From assembly GCA_964016885.1 (NCBI GenBank), contig OZ024750.1, positions 8,122,001 to 8,186,000 of the forward strand: a stretch of 64,000 nucleotides of DNA, in the 5' to 3' direction. The DNA is from Eledone cirrhosa (taxonomy: Eukaryota). Positions 14,242 through 27,575 of the stretch are shown here, piece after piece (the stretch's first letter is position 1; each line of letters starts with the position of its first letter). The notes below the pieces were generated by a model. The model was not told the DNA's origin. It saw only the letters and a list, made by a program, of their open reading frames with translations, and did no database searches. Both the position numbers and the translations under genes were made by a program.

Positions 14242-14430
14242 ATAACTATTTCTACTTTTGGCACAAGGCCAGCAATTACCCAGTACATTACTGGTACTTT
14301 ATTTTATCGACCCCGTAAGGATGAAAGCCAAAGTTAACCTCGGCGGGATTTGAACTCTGAATGGCAAGGGCCGTAACTATGCTGGAAAGCATGGCGTCCG
14401 ACCATCTACTGATACTGCCAATCCACCGCC
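14242..14430 (-). mobile_element. S1 SINE
   Basis: Full consensus match. Confidence 0.9.
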
Positions 14431-16764
14431 ATTAACCCTAAAATAACGAAAGGTATGCATCTATGATATACCGTGACACAATCCTCCGATTTCTATAACT
14501 TATGCTCTTGAGAAAATAACCAGCATTATAGTTGTATCATGTTCTTACAGAAATGAACCGAATCTGTTTCTGTGATTTGGTAACCATTAATAAATGGAGG
14601 TGATTCAGGGGTTTGGATATGTTACCTGATTGTGACCATTTCATGTTACTTTAGTCTCTAATATTCTTGATTTTTGCCAAGTTGATAAATCCCAAAATGT
14701 CTCCTTTATTTCATATATATATGAATCCTTATGGTTATTTAAACATTATTAACGTTATAATGCACTGGATTCCTGCAAGGTTTGATCTCATTTATGCAAT
14801 TTAAATAAATTCTCGTCAATTATGCTGCAGTTTAATCTGCAGCCTCATAAATCCAGTTAAATATATTGTAATTTCGTTCAACGTAATAACATTGAGTTGA
14901 ATTACAAAATCTAATCAATATGGTATAAAAATAATTTTCGCTGCCTGTTATTATCTGTCAAGGATCGGATGATAAATCATTGACCAAACATTTAGTTAGA
15001 AATCACAAATTTCCTAACAGAACGCATCGTTATTTGGTGAGGGTATGCTTAAAGAGATGACTTCGCTGTATAAAGAGTAGTAAATTGTAATTAAGAATAA
15101 AACACAAATTGATATAATTTCCAAAGCACTAGATTGAATACGTTATGATGAAAAATTACAAAGCTGAGGTCATACTGAAATCATCTAACGCATTATGGAG
15201 TCTCAATAAAAGAGAAAAAAATGGTTTGAGAACATTCCAGAATAACGTAAAATATATCAAATAATAAAATATAATCTAAATAGTTAAATAAATAAATAAG
15301 TGTACATAATTTATAGTCGAAGGAAGTGCGATCATTCGTATGCGATTTAAATTCTGAAACATGATACAATAAACCAGTGCTTCACAATGGTTTTAATCTA
15401 AACAATAAACTATATTTTACAGTTAAGATTTTAGAAAATTGTTTATAGAAAACTATTGCTTACGTTGTTCTATTAATCATATTTCTGTACAACAAAATAA
15501 TGAATAACACGTATTGCCTGACGTTCGGGCATAAATATGGATTTTCAAATCAGCATATGTCTCCTCAAATTTATTATATTTGACTACTATGGTTGAATAT
15601 TATTGATTAGGAATAGTCAATGAGAGGCTGGAGATGTTTCTTGATCGGTTATTCATTTCATCTCTATGTGAAATAAAGTTTTCCAGTAAAGAAAACTCAG
15701 TGTAAACTCAGATAATTGTTATTAGTTTGCTTCATGTCAACCCTGATCGAGTATGCCAACACCGCATCACCACGACTCCCTCGGGAGTTACGTATTCATA
15801 CCATACCATGTGCTATTTCTAGCACATTTAGTGACCAGATAGGGACTTTCTTTTTGGCACCTCGGCGCAGGACGAAGAATATTTGCTTTTGTCGATAATT
15901 CCATTGTCACTGTTTACGTAACGGCAATTGCATGGAAAACCATGTACGTTAATCAGTTCGACTCCTTTGGTTCAAGTATGGTGTTAGTAAGGATGAAGTA
16001 AAATGGACAGAATGAAAGCTAATTGTTGTATCAATCTAACGAATCTAGGATAGCAAGTTGACAGCCGTTAAATCGCTGGGCTAAATATCCAATAATATTT
16101 AGATTTACCAATAACGATGACAGAATACAAATTCCAAATGATGCAGTCAATTTGCCAGCACTATATCTGTCCACTCATTACATATATTATCGATACAGCA
16201 ATGCTAATCTATTATATAACTCGTTCGATCATTATTTAGCCTCTTCCATTTATATCTTAACTATACTAAAGGAAGGTCTGCGGGATTGCGTCCAGAATAT
16301 ATTTGTTTACCCCTTTTGTAAAATAAGTTGGATTACTTTGAATAAATAATGAATGAATATTACATAATTTATGTGCTATATTTCGTGGCTGTTGATTGAA
16401 TATATCTTATAGCTTATTTAAATATCTTTAAAATTCAATTCTTTAAAATTATTAAATGTCAAAACTTCCGGTTAGCGGCCGTTATATTATGTCACTTATA
16501 ATCGCATATATTTCCGTCGCTAATTTTCTCTTAATGCAGTTTATATATAATGTCGTCTTTTTTTTTAATATATCATGGATTGCTGATTACAGAAGACAGT
16601 GTAACATAGGCTTTGTTCAATTTCTGTGTATATTGCCAATTACGATTTTATTTGATGTATCATATTTACATGCATATATATTTGTGTATAATATCAACAT
16701 ACACACTACACCTGCTAGCAGAAAACCACTCGTTGGGTGGTTTTTCTGCTAGTTTATTTAATAC

Positions 16765-17110
16765 AGCATGGCCGAATGGTTAATTACTTTGCTTTGTAAT
16801 CATTAGGAAACGAGTCATAACCTCTTGCGTAGTGTGTTGGGCGAGTGTGTTTTTTTTTATACTCGCTATTCTACACCTACCTTGTGAGTGAAGCTATGTA
16901 GACAGAAACTATTTCGAAGCCCGTTTGATGGATTGTACATGTTATTCAAAGAGCCAACCTTTTCACACAATATCTCAGGATGAATTTCCTTCAGAATTAT
17001 GTTAAAGGTACACGTGCTTATGGAAATTCTCGATCACTTTAAGCGCTAATTTCACGAACAGGCTCTTCTATTGATTAAACAGTAGCAATACACATCATTG
17101 AAACTGACGG
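16765..17110 (+). mobile_element. Degenerate tRNA-headed SINE (other family)
   Basis: gcatggccgaatggtta A-box-like head with a diverged body. Boundaries approximate. Confidence 0.4.
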
Positions 17111-17676
17111 AGGTCCTTTCAATTACATTCTATACTCAACATTGAAATCCCACTGGAGTTCACTTTGACATTCATACTCATGAGATCAATTAAACAAGAT
17201 TCAATTCTATAATGTGTGCGGGCTCAATTGACTAAGCATTCTGCTACAAACATTTGCCTTGAACATAGTCAAAACGAAATCGTATTAATCTAAACCAAAA
17301 ACCAAAAACAAAATACATCCAAGTTTAAAGACATATAAAGCAAAGAACAAAACTAGAAAATGAATTACATTCTCTACTAATTTAAAGGGAAAATAATAGA
17401 AAGAATGGAAAACAATACTGTCAGAACACATGAATAGACTAATTACTTTCAGCAATCGCATCTATGGCAACAGGCATTTAATTATATTGCTTTGTTTCTG
17501 ATCCAGCAGGAGCTTAAATGCGTAATTTGGGATGCTGAGCTGACTGGTGTTGTAGCAAGAGGGATTATACGCTGATAGGTGCTATAGAATTCTCCTTAAA
17601 CTCAGACTACACAGATTTCAATTTTCAACACAGGTCGTTGCATTTAAATCACATTGATTTTGTCATTGAGGAAAAA

Positions 17677-17958
17677 TAATGATTTCTGCTATAGGCACAA
17701 GGCCATTAATTTGGGGGCGAAGGGAAAGTCGAACCCATTTCATGACTGGTACTTTATTTTATCGACCTCCGTAAGGAGGAAAAATGATTTCTACTGTAGG
17801 CACAGGGCCATTAATTTTGGGGGAGGGGAAAGTCGATTAAATCGACCCCAGTTCGTGACTGGTACTTTATTTTATCGACCCCCATAAGGATGAAAGGCAA
17901 AGTTAACCACGGCGGGATTTGCACTCAGACCGTAAAGGGCCGTAACTCTGTGTTGTGA
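17677..17958 (-). mobile_element. Two truncated S1 SINEs (long-tail variant)
   Basis: aggcacaaggccattaattt...gactggtactttattttatcgacc occurs twice. Confidence 0.85.
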
Positions 17959-18028
17959 TAGGAAATATTTTGTTTTGTACTTGTCTCCTGTGTTTTCCTT
18001 TCTTTACATACATACATACATACATACA

Positions 18029-18632
18029 TGGTGGATGCAAACTCGTTTTCGAGTACGGCCACTACTTTATATCCATGTAGGAGAACCCCTACCGATGCGC
18101 TGAACAAGTGTGACTTTTTAGTCCAGCCAGCGACTTGAAAACTCTGGTAGAAACACTACACCTGTGACAATTATTGACACATAGTGCTGGGCCCATGGCA
18201 CCATGTGACGACAAGTGCAGAGAGATACAAAGCAATGCCTGTGCCGTGAAGCTTTTATAGTGAGCAAAGGTACTGCACAAAGCCAGTCCCACTCTCTTAA
18301 CCAAGATGATATTTACCAAAAAGAACGACAAGTCAACATCATTGGATACCATCAGGGTTGCATGTGTTATATCAGAGTTTTCCTTCTCCTAGAATTCTGC
18401 CTTGACAAAGGCTAAGGGGTCATCTCTCCCGGATACATACATACATACATACATACATACATACATACATACATACATACACATATATATACATGGCGGC
18501 TGCCAACTCGTTTTCGAGTACGGCCACCACTTTATATCCATGTAGGAGAACCCCTACCGATGCGCTGAACGAGGGGGACTTTTTAGTCCAGCCAGCGACT
18601 TGAAAACTCTGGTACAAACACTACACTTGTGA
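18029..18632 (-). mobile_element. Two tandem 5'-truncated copies of a non-autonomous RTE-like element (18029-18428, 18494-18632) with (ATGT)n tails
   Basis: Reverse-complement homologues of 39526-39931. They contain ggagaaggaaaactctga (RTE-type 5' motif) and a remnant C-terminal zinc-finger-like frame, CSVSTRVFKSLAGLKSH. Confidence 0.75.
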
Positions 18633-18690
18633 CATCCATCCATCCATCCCTCCCTCCCTCCCTCCCTCCCTCCCTCCTTCCCTATAAATA

Positions 18691-18874
18691 ACGAGGGAAG
18701 TGAGGTAAGGAACCAGGTGGACGATAACGCACCAGAGTACTCGATACTTTGGGTAGTAGAATGGGTAATAGGAAAAGAGTCAGGACCCCGGCTGTATCTG
18801 GAAAGATATATATGAGTCCAGATATAACCGTCGAAACGGCTTGATCTCTGCCATCAGGGTCCTGAACCTTTTCC

Positions 18875-18876
<2 letters not shown>
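18691..18876. mobile_element. Family B (TA)n-anchored fold-back element, diverged
   Basis: acgagggaagtgaggtaaggaaccaggtgg...gtcgaaacggcttgatctctgccatcagggtc...ttccta(TA)n. Homologous to the 31.7, 33.6, 44.6 and 45.3 kb copies. Confidence 0.7.
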
Positions 18877-18905
<29 letters not shown>

Positions 18906-19220
18906 CATTCCGGAAACAGCTAAACCTGTGACTCGTGTAAGGTAGGGATGTCATATTCAATAATAGAGGGTGACGTCACTATCCACTACTTTAATGTGAT
19001 AATATAGTGGTAATTTGTCAAAGATGTGTGTGTCAACAATTCCTGCTAGCGTGAATATTTGAAAGAATATCAATACTAGACAAATGAAGAGAAGCAGTAA
19101 ATAGCTTAATAGGGATTTAGGTAAGCCAATATTGGTTTTATAGTATATTTCTATATTCCAAATTAAATAAAAGTCCCTGAAGGTAGCACTTAAACATAAT
19201 GTTTTTCTGTTGAATCATTA

Positions 19221-19406
19221 GTGGATTGGCAGTATCGGTAGAGGGTCGGATGCCATGCTTTTTAGCATAGTTATGTCCCTTTGCGGTCTGAGTTTAAGTC
19301 CTGCCGAGGTTAACTTTGCCTTTCATCCTTACGGGGTCGATAAAATAAAGTACCAGTAATGTACTAGGTAATTGATGGCCTTGTGCCAAAAGTAGAAAGA
19401 ATTATT
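19221..19406 (+). mobile_element. S1 SINE
   Basis: Consensus match. Confidence 0.9.
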
Positions 19407-19746
19407 TTTCTGTATAGAGTATATATTCATGTTTCTATCAGAAGCTAAATGAAGCTGGAACAAACATGCATACACAAGCAAACATACAGACACACACGAG
19501 TTATGGATAATCAGTTACAACAGTGACATATCAAGGATTTCTACAGGACTAGAACTGTTTCGCTGGATTTACCACGAAATAAAGCAGTTTGCGATACTGC
19601 GACTGAATGAGATGGTATTAAATTCAACTAAATTGAAATATCTGCATATGCCACTGTGGTAACTGATATATATATATATATCGGTGATAACCACAGTAAG
19701 TAAGGTCCCCAATACAAAGCATGGTATAAATATTTAATATAGAAAA

Positions 19747-19797
19747 GTCTTCTACAGGATTAGAACTGTTTCATTCGGGAGAAATCATCAGGAAGCC
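19747..19797 (-). ncRNA. Minimal type I hammerhead ribozyme motif (family A)
   Basis: Minus strand: GGCUUC CUGAUGA UUUC-UCCC-GAAU GAAA CAG-UUCUAAUC-CUG UA^ GAAGAC. Full core, GUA triplet, stem I 5/6 paired. Confidence 0.75.
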
Positions 19798-19954
19798 GAC
19801 TGTCCAAGTAATACGGTGGTATTTATATATTTTCTGGTGGTAACAGGGGCACAGTGAGTGCTAAAAGATAAGTTTATCCCGGGTTCAATCGGGGGTAACC
19901 ACAGTAAGTAAGGTACTCAATACATAGCATAGTATAAATGTTTAACATAGAAAA

Positions 19955-19999
19955 GGCTTCTATAGGACTAGAACTGTTTCATTCGGGAGAAATCATCAG

Positions 20000-20002
<3 letters not shown>
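19955..20002 (-). ncRNA. Hammerhead motif (family A), 5'-truncated at (TA)n
   Basis: UUC CUGAUGA UUUC-UCCC-GAAU GAAA CAG-UUCUAGUC-CUA UA^ GAAGCC. Lies 208 nt from the previous copy; one stem III mismatch. Confidence 0.65.
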
Positions 20003-20038
<36 letters not shown>

Positions 20039-20825
20039 CATACATGATACACGTGTGCGTGTCATCGTCTATTTTCCCTTTTTAGAAGGGCTAGAAGTGT
20101 TGTCACAAACTAACTCAGTACTTAATCAGAACTACTGACCTCTCAGACACGACTGGAGCTCGTATCTCGCTTACATATGTTTACACACACTCATACGTAC
20201 ACATATATATATATCAACTACATTGGCTTTTGGCTAAAGGTCTGTATTAAAGAGAGTTGGCACGGGATTAGCAACCGTTTAATTGGGATTTCAAATCCTA
20301 TTAGATGATTATCCTTCCCGATATACTTATATCTTTTCCCCACATTCTCCATTTCCATTCCCCATATTCTCTATTTCCATTCCCCATTTTACATCCCTTC
20401 TGCATAATTCACTTCCCACTTTCTCTCCCTTCCTCTGTCTTGATGATGTAAACATCTTATAGAAATCTGACGGAATAAACATAGCGATGTTCTCCTGTAT
20501 ATAAAGGAGTAAGATTAATGTAGGAATAATTACATAGCATAATCAATAGACAGATGTATTGCATGTGAATATATTTGCTTCCCTATCTGAGAGAGATAGA
20601 TATCGATCGCCAGATAATATATAACTATAAATATTCCCTTTAATTAATTGAGATTGTTTACTGTAATAGACAGCGGTCAACTATTATTTTATTAACCCAT
20701 TGCCTATTTTGAAAATAACGAAAACTTGGGGGCGATTTATTAATATATTTAATAAAAATGTACTCAGTAAATATTTTATGAGGGTGGCCAACCGAATGGT
20801 AAGAATGTCGGGAGAGAGGTTTTAA

Positions 20826-21045
20826 CCCTTTAGCATTTACATTACTCGATATATACTATTGTATTTTCACAGTAAAGGTTTTATCACTCATAGTATATCT
20901 CATAATATAGAATCTATAAGATTTAGATATTATTTATTTTGAGAACTATACCTTAACATCAGTATGAGTGGCCAGTTACAGGCAGTTTGAACAGAAAGAG
21001 GTGAGGGAATTCTGGCCGGATACGGCTGGTTTAAATGCTAAAGGA
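20826..21045. mobile_element. piggyBac-like MITE inserted into an old SINE
   Basis: TTAA|CCCTTTAGCATTTA...TAAATGCTAAAGGA|TTAA. The flanks (~20780-20825 and 21050-21160) rejoin into a degenerate S1-related SINE. Confidence 0.8.
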
Positions 21046-21338
21046 TTAAGGTATTTCTTCTGGTGTTTACATTCTGAGTTCAAATTCAACCGAAGTCAAC
21101 TTCAACTTTGTCTTTGACCCTTCCAAGTGCTATAAAGTAAAATACTTGTCAAGTATTGGGAAGAAGTGGGGAGAGGCAATGTGATAAGCTTTCCCGAATC
21201 TTTACGTTGTGAGTTCAAATCTTACCGTTGTCAACTTGCCTTTCAACATTCCTGTGTTTATAGAATAAATAAGACAGAGCTAAGCAGTCACGAAAAGGCA
21301 TAGAAACGTAATTTAGATCGATGCATATCGATAGGTGA

Positions 21339-21429
21339 AAATGTTGTAGGGTACTTTTAAGCACACGTAATCTTTCAAGAAAAATAAATTCAATTTATTA
21401 TGTGTGCTTAAAAGTACCCTACAACATTT
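21339..21429. repeat. Small MITE-like hairpin (~32-bp arms)
   Basis: aaatgttgtagggtacttttaagcacacgtaat / attatgtgtgcttaaaagtaccctacaacattt. Confidence 0.8.
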
Positions 21430-22619
21430 GATCATAATGTAGTTTTGATTAGTGACAAGCCCCCGTCCGATTATATAATATAACAAAGGCATTTCTCTCC
21501 ACTTGTTATTTATTTGTGCGATTTACGTTAGTTATCATTAGTTTTAGAGAAGAATGTTAACCAACCTCCACACTTACGTGACCTCAACATATCACACAAG
21601 AACAGAATCTTTATTTTTACTTTTGATATATGCTTTAAATATTTTCAATACATTTCTGTCTGTGTTGTTAAAATTGTGTTGTAGAATGCAATATCCAGAG
21701 ACATTAAAGGGTTTTTGTCAAATGAAATCGTTGAAAATAATCTAGAAACATGTCTTTGCTATTTATATTTATTTCCTAAACAGTATCAGTTCGTTTTGTC
21801 TTTCACAATGACAATTAAAAAGAAGAATTAGTATAAGATTATAGAGTTATTAGAAATCAATAAAACGTGAATGATCAAATACAAACCAAAAGCAAAGTTG
21901 TTTAATTACGTTTTGAAATTTATGTTTATAGTATTTTCTATTTCTAGATTCCCGAAGCTAAGTAAATATCGATTTGCCATTATTTCATCATTTGAGGGTT
22001 TGCTGTGGAAAATACTCCACAGCTGTGCTTAACTCCCGAGGGAAAAAAATGTAAAATATAAAATACATAGTATCGATTCCTATTTAAAGGATCTTTTACT
22101 TATATCACTTTGAAAAAATAACAAACATACAAGAAAACATGAATCACATAATTTCCCGTTTCTTTTTGTTGTATAAAAATTATCTGTTTTATATCTTGGT
22201 ACGATATCACTGTTTGTATTGCATCTTAATATACCACAATGATTACCAACAATGTATGAAAATATGTTCGAGTCCCTTTGCCAGGCATTGCAACTCTGAA
22301 ATATGCTAGCTGTCTATGAATTCATAAGGTTGTTGTGTTTTTTTTTCAGAACTACTTATAACTTAAGAACGTTAACATGTTCCTAATCATTCAAAATGGA
22401 ATATATACATTTTTCTTCTGACTTGAAATTTGATATTAAGAATTTGTTGAAGGCATTTCTGGAAAGAGGCATCTGAAATTATCCATACGGTTAATGTGAA
22501 TAATGTCAGATTAATTATGTGGAATAATTCACGTGTCTTATCTTTTAAACAGAACAAATATTTCCTATGATATGGGTAAAATTCTTTATGTCTCTCTTTA
22601 TTTCTCCTTTTTATTAAAG

Positions 22620-23318
22620 ACATGCTGTGAACAACTGGAAGGCGCCCAATCCAACGATGAAAAACATTCTCTGTTCCTGGAATTAACTAAATTGTTAGGA
22701 ATTGGTTTTGATCTCCTGCGAGGGAAGCAATCTTTACATTTTACGGCTTTAAGTACAGTTAACCGGATCCTTGATTTATGCATTTATCATAGAAATTATG
22801 AAATCGGCTCTTTAACAGACAGTATAGAAAACATTGCTGCCTGTCCTAATACAACCGTTGATAATAACACTAACCGTGGATTATCAATGCGTAAAGAACC
22901 CATTACTCAAAAGACCTCACTCGATGAAACATCGAACCTTAGTCGTAAACCATCATCAAGCTCAAAGAAATTTGTCCTCAAGGAACAAAGTTATAATGAT
23001 CGCCTGCAAGAAGAGGATGATTTACGCACACCCATAATGCCGTTAAATCGAACTCCATTAGAAATTTTGACCAATTCTGATCCCAGTCAGATATTAAGTG
23101 TATTACACAATAATATCACAATGCATAAACGTATAATTGGAACACGGCAAAAATGCTCACCTAGTACGCGGCGACGTCAATGTACACATCACTGCCTACA
23201 AATTTTAAGTGCGCGAATTCTTGTTGTTATGTGTCATGGAGCTAACGTCCAACATAGAGTTGTTGCTGATGGCCATGTAAAAACCTTGGTCGAAGCCTTG
23301 GATCCTAACAATGATCCG
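22620..23318 (+). CDS. Internal coding exon A (233 codons, phase 0/0) of a large ARM-like + RasGEF-N(REM)-like protein gene
   Basis: Polypyrimidine tract + AG (tctccttttTATTAAAG|ACA). Open frame TCCEQLEG...LDPNNDP. Donor CCG|GTAAGA. Joins exon B in frame (NNDP|HLLCLLLQ). Confidence 0.9.
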
Positions 23319-24029
23319 GTAAGATATACATTTCTTTTACAGTTTTATTTACTTATTTACGTGAATATTAATTTGTAATAACCTTGTTTTTCATTATTGA
23401 ACACCGAAATAATTAACACAGTCAATACACCGTAGTGATATATAGATCTCGAAATAAAATTTGCATTCTAATCAATCCTTTATCTTATCTCTATTATGAT
23501 TTTGGAATAAGTAACGTATATACACGAATATCAGTTGAGGAATATGTGAACCAAACATTAGATGGTAAAAAGGAATGGGTAGACTTGTATACGCCATCTA
23601 AACATTGTGTTCATTAGCTGCCTAGGCTTATAAATTAGTTTGGGATTTTTTCCAATTTCCCTGACATAAGATAGTGTCGACTTATATTAGAGTATATACG
23701 GTAGTTTCTTTTCAGATTTTTATTGCTAATCATATTGAACATTGTGGGATAAAGTTGTCCCAAATTATAATAGTCTTAGGACAAAATGTCCCATGGGAAT
23801 ATTCTGGAAAGATGCACAAAATATTAGTACTCAGAAAAATGAGAAAACTCATCGTTAGAACAGCTTTTAAAACAGCCACATGTTGTCAATGACAGCTATG
23901 GTCAACAATGCCCCAGAGAATAAGAGATGAGCTACCAGGGGTCAGCAAAATCCACGGTCCATTGGTCTCTATCCTCTGAGGCATTTTTTTCCCTCGGATG
24001 TCATTGACAGCATTTCAGTTAATCCACTC

Positions 24030-24540
24030 TGAAAAAGAGGATGCGCATAAGTTACCATATCTCCTTTCCCAGGCGAAGTCCTTGTGGCATCCAACAACGC
24101 CAGAGGCCTTGCAATAATTGTCGATAACTTTAGCTTGAGTGGCCAAATAATCAACAACGTTGACATGGCCTGCACGATGTATTCATGGGTCCTCAGAACT
24201 TTCCGGTCTAGACATATTCACATTATGTTTCTCTTGTCTAACTTTGCTCAGCCCTACCTTGAATACTGTTGCCCACCGTGGCCTCCCTACACGAATCAAA
24301 GTATCGTTAAATTTGTACCACCCACAATTACAAATGAAAAAAAATATAAGGCATGGTAAGACTTGACTATTTGGGTCAACTAGGATAAATCAAACTCTAC
24401 TCTCTCCAACTAGGTTGAGAGCGCCATATCATTTATATGACGTTGAAAATATTCCATCAATATTGGCACCAATTTATAACTCACCCACGTCTTGGTTTCT
24501 GTGCTAATCGCCAAAACTAAATATTGGTCTCACATCTCGT
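24030..24540 (+). pseudogene. Decayed CR1/L2-group LINE reverse transcriptase C-terminal fragment
   Basis: GLAIIVDN...SWVLRTFRSR...QPYLEYCCPPWPPY, and in shifted frames DLDY...KLYSLQ...ER. These match the CR1-group pattern RPHLEYCxxxWSP / YxxRLxxLxLxSLxxRR. Confidence 0.8.
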
Positions 24541-24967
24541 GAATTCTCAAACTATATTTGCTGTCTCTTGGATAGATTCTCTGAAGGAAGGACGAAAATT
24601 GTAATCACTAAAATATAACAATCATAAATAAAGAATTCACATTTCATTATTCCATCTAATAATATATCCTATACTGCTGGGCACATAATGAACAAAGATA
24701 TCAGTTTTCTAGGCGGAGATGAGGGGAAACTATGATGTTGCTAACGAGGTATTAATAATGAGAATCAACGCTCAAGATAGATATCTTAATTAGGTCGAGG
24801 TCTCGGCCTTCCAGAAGATTACTTGTTGATCTACAGTGTTTCTATAATGAAATAAAACATTAATGCAAGTAGGTAATAAAACATCAATCCCAGCCGGCAT
24901 TTTATGTGTTTGCATTTATATGTGTTTGTAAATGTATATATGATATATATTATATATGTGAATGGAA

Positions 24968-24970
<3 letters not shown>

Positions 24971-25028
<58 letters not shown>

Positions 25029-25057
25029 TATATATACACATATATATATATATATAT

Positions 25058-25097
<40 letters not shown>

Positions 25098-25109
25098 TTA
25101 TATATATAT

Positions 25110-25148
<39 letters not shown>

Positions 25149-25198
25149 TATATATACACATATATATATATATATATACACTTATATATATATACACT

Positions 25199-25291
<93 letters not shown>

Positions 25292-25368
25292 TTATTTATA
25301 CTTATATAAACACATATATATACTTCTATACGCTTATATATACTTATATATATATATATATATATACA

Positions 25369-25407
<39 letters not shown>

Positions 25408-25480
25408 TTATTTATACTTATATAAACACATATATATACTTCTATACGCTTATATATACTTATATATATATATAATATAT
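24971..25480. repeat. (TA)n-derived array with CA/CTT interruptions
   Basis: Direct reading. Confidence 0.97.
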
Positions 25481-25739
25481 ATGTGTGTTTGTGTACGTAT
25501 AGATATATACTCTTCTCATTTTATTATTATATAAATGTTCACTAATAGAGAAAGAAATCCGGTTTCTAACAGAAACAAAACCCTTTCATTTGAATTCAGA
25601 CAACAACTAGGTGTGTGTGTGGGTGTGGGTGTGCAGGTATGGGTATTATTCCATGGATGGATCTCTCTGCTTTGAGTTATATGTTTGTATATCTATACAT
25701 ATGTATAAGCAATTATTACATACTGGATTTCTGAAATGT

Positions 25740-26480
25740 TTTATATATTTTACAGTTCCATTAATGGGCTGTACTTGTAACTGCGTAACTAGCCGTGCCC
25801 TCTCTGGTTCTGTGAAACCAATCTTCTTAATATATGCACTGATACAATTAGTAACATATCTCACAGTTCCAATGATCACAGGTTCAGATCTGTAGGTAGA
25901 ATTATAGTTAATTATCTGCAGATTCTTCATTTGTTTAGCATATAATTTCTCCTTTTCGCTAATCTTTGATATTATATTGACATCTGCTGCATGTCTTCTT
26001 TTCGCTGTCCCATATCACTATGTCTAGTTTGTTATTTTTGCATTTTATTGGAGATTTGACTAGAAAATTTCACCATCACTCTTTCATATTATGTATCCAT
26101 ATATCCTCCACATCACTGTAATGTTTTCTATATTAATCTCCAGACTATGCTTTCAACAGATTGAATTGTATAGTGTTTAGGCCGCTACATTATGTCTCAA
26201 AGGTAGATAATATCGTGATGACAGCTGTCCAAAGATGTCATCCTCTATATTTATTCCACAGAGTCTGCGTCTGCCTCTGTTGTCACATCTAGGTGTTTTG
26301 CTTGTCTACCTATCACTTCTTTGCATCAGCTATTTCCTTTTCCTAGATTCCAAAAGCATATCCTTTAAAGTGAGAGCTAATATACAGAGTGTTGGTCTTA
26401 TTTACTCTTATTTTGCTTTCTCTCTCTCAATACCCTTTAGACTTATTAGCACGGCAATCTAACCCACTTGCTTTGCACAG
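25740..26480 (-). pseudogene. Decayed RLE-type (R4/Dong/NeSL-like) non-LTR retrotransposon 3' region
   Basis: Minus-strand fragments RLCGINIEDDI, LSSRYYLPLRHNVAA (CCHC knuckle/RHN), KCKNNKLDIVIWD (PD-type endonuclease) and EKEKLY...PVIIGTVRYV. Confidence 0.75.
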
Positions 26481-27389
26481 CTTTCTAAACTAACGAACGG
26501 TCTATATATCATACATACATAATATATAATTCATATATTATATATAATATAATGTGTGTGTTTATATAAATATATATGTACATATGCTTCCTTATTTGCA
26601 TTTTTTTTCCTTCATTATTTCTCTGAGTCCAGAATTAGATATTGATTATTTCCTCCAATATCAGAATCCTTGCTGAGTTGAGCAACAAACAAAATTCACC
26701 GTTACGCAATAAAATATATTTATAACCAGAAACTGTCCAACACAAAATAGCTGCTTTATTGTTAAACATATTGTTTGTGAACACTGTGGGTGGTTGTGCT
26801 AAATGATGATCTATAGATCCAAGCGATAAATGGTGGGGTTTTTTTGTCATCATTGAAACATCAGCTATTGAATGTTTACTTAAACTGAGATAATATTGTT
26901 ATCGAGACTAGTTGTCTTTTAAAGCGAATAATAGGGGGTTGTGTGTGATTGTGTGTGTGTATTTATGTATATCTTTGTAAGAATATATATATATTTGTAT
27001 GTGTTTGTGTGTATGTATGTATATGAATATCTTTTGTAAGAATATATATTTATATATGTATGTGTGTGTATGTCTCCCATCCTCTCTTTCTCTATCTATC
27101 TATATACGTACATATGCACACACACACACACACCTACACCTACACCTACACATACACATACACACACACACTAATCTATTTATATAATTACGGAAGCCAT
27201 TTTCTTTATATATATATATATATATTATATATATATATATAAAGTTCTGTTTGTGTAATGATACAGGGTACAATATATCAAATACTTAATAGCATATAAC
27301 TCACAACAAAAAGGAAAACCTACCCCAACGAGAAAAATACGATCATATCACAAAATGAATAACGCTTGGTACCATATGGAATAAATAAT

Positions 27390-27575
27390 TGTTTCTACTT
27401 TAGGCACAAGGCCAGCAATCACCCAGTGCATTACTGGTACTTTATTTTATCGACCCAGTAAGGATGAAAGGCAAAGTCAACCTCGGCGGGATTTGAACTC
27501 AGATCGTAAAGGGACGTAACTATGCTGGAAAGCATGGCGTCCGACCCTCTACCGATACTGCCAATCCACCGCCCT
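27390..27575 (-). mobile_element. S1 SINE, full length, young
   Basis: Perfect 18-bp TSD ccatatggaataaataat at 27372-27389 / 27576-27593. Confidence 0.95.

Larger units (their letters stand above)
19681..20002 (-). mobile_element. Family A hammerhead element, ~1.5 tandem units (208-bp period), between (TA)n tracts
   Basis: taaccacagtaagtaagg occurs at 19688 and 19896. The hammerhead cores are also 208 apart. (TA)n lies on both sides. Confidence 0.75.

Noticed and set aside
15716-15905. GC-richer segment as a possible upstream exon (likewise 17440-17640)
   Set aside because: No frame with both convincing splice sites and a phase-0 link to exon A; no recognisable protein similarity.
22533-22619. 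ORF-track N-terminus of the 281-aa ORF as the gene start
   Set aside because: It is intronic polypyrimidine tract upstream of the AG acceptor, and its start codon is GTG.
27480-27575. tRNA gene candidates in SINE heads
   Set aside because: A/B-box-like motifs only; no complete cloverleaf, and always fused to the SINE body.
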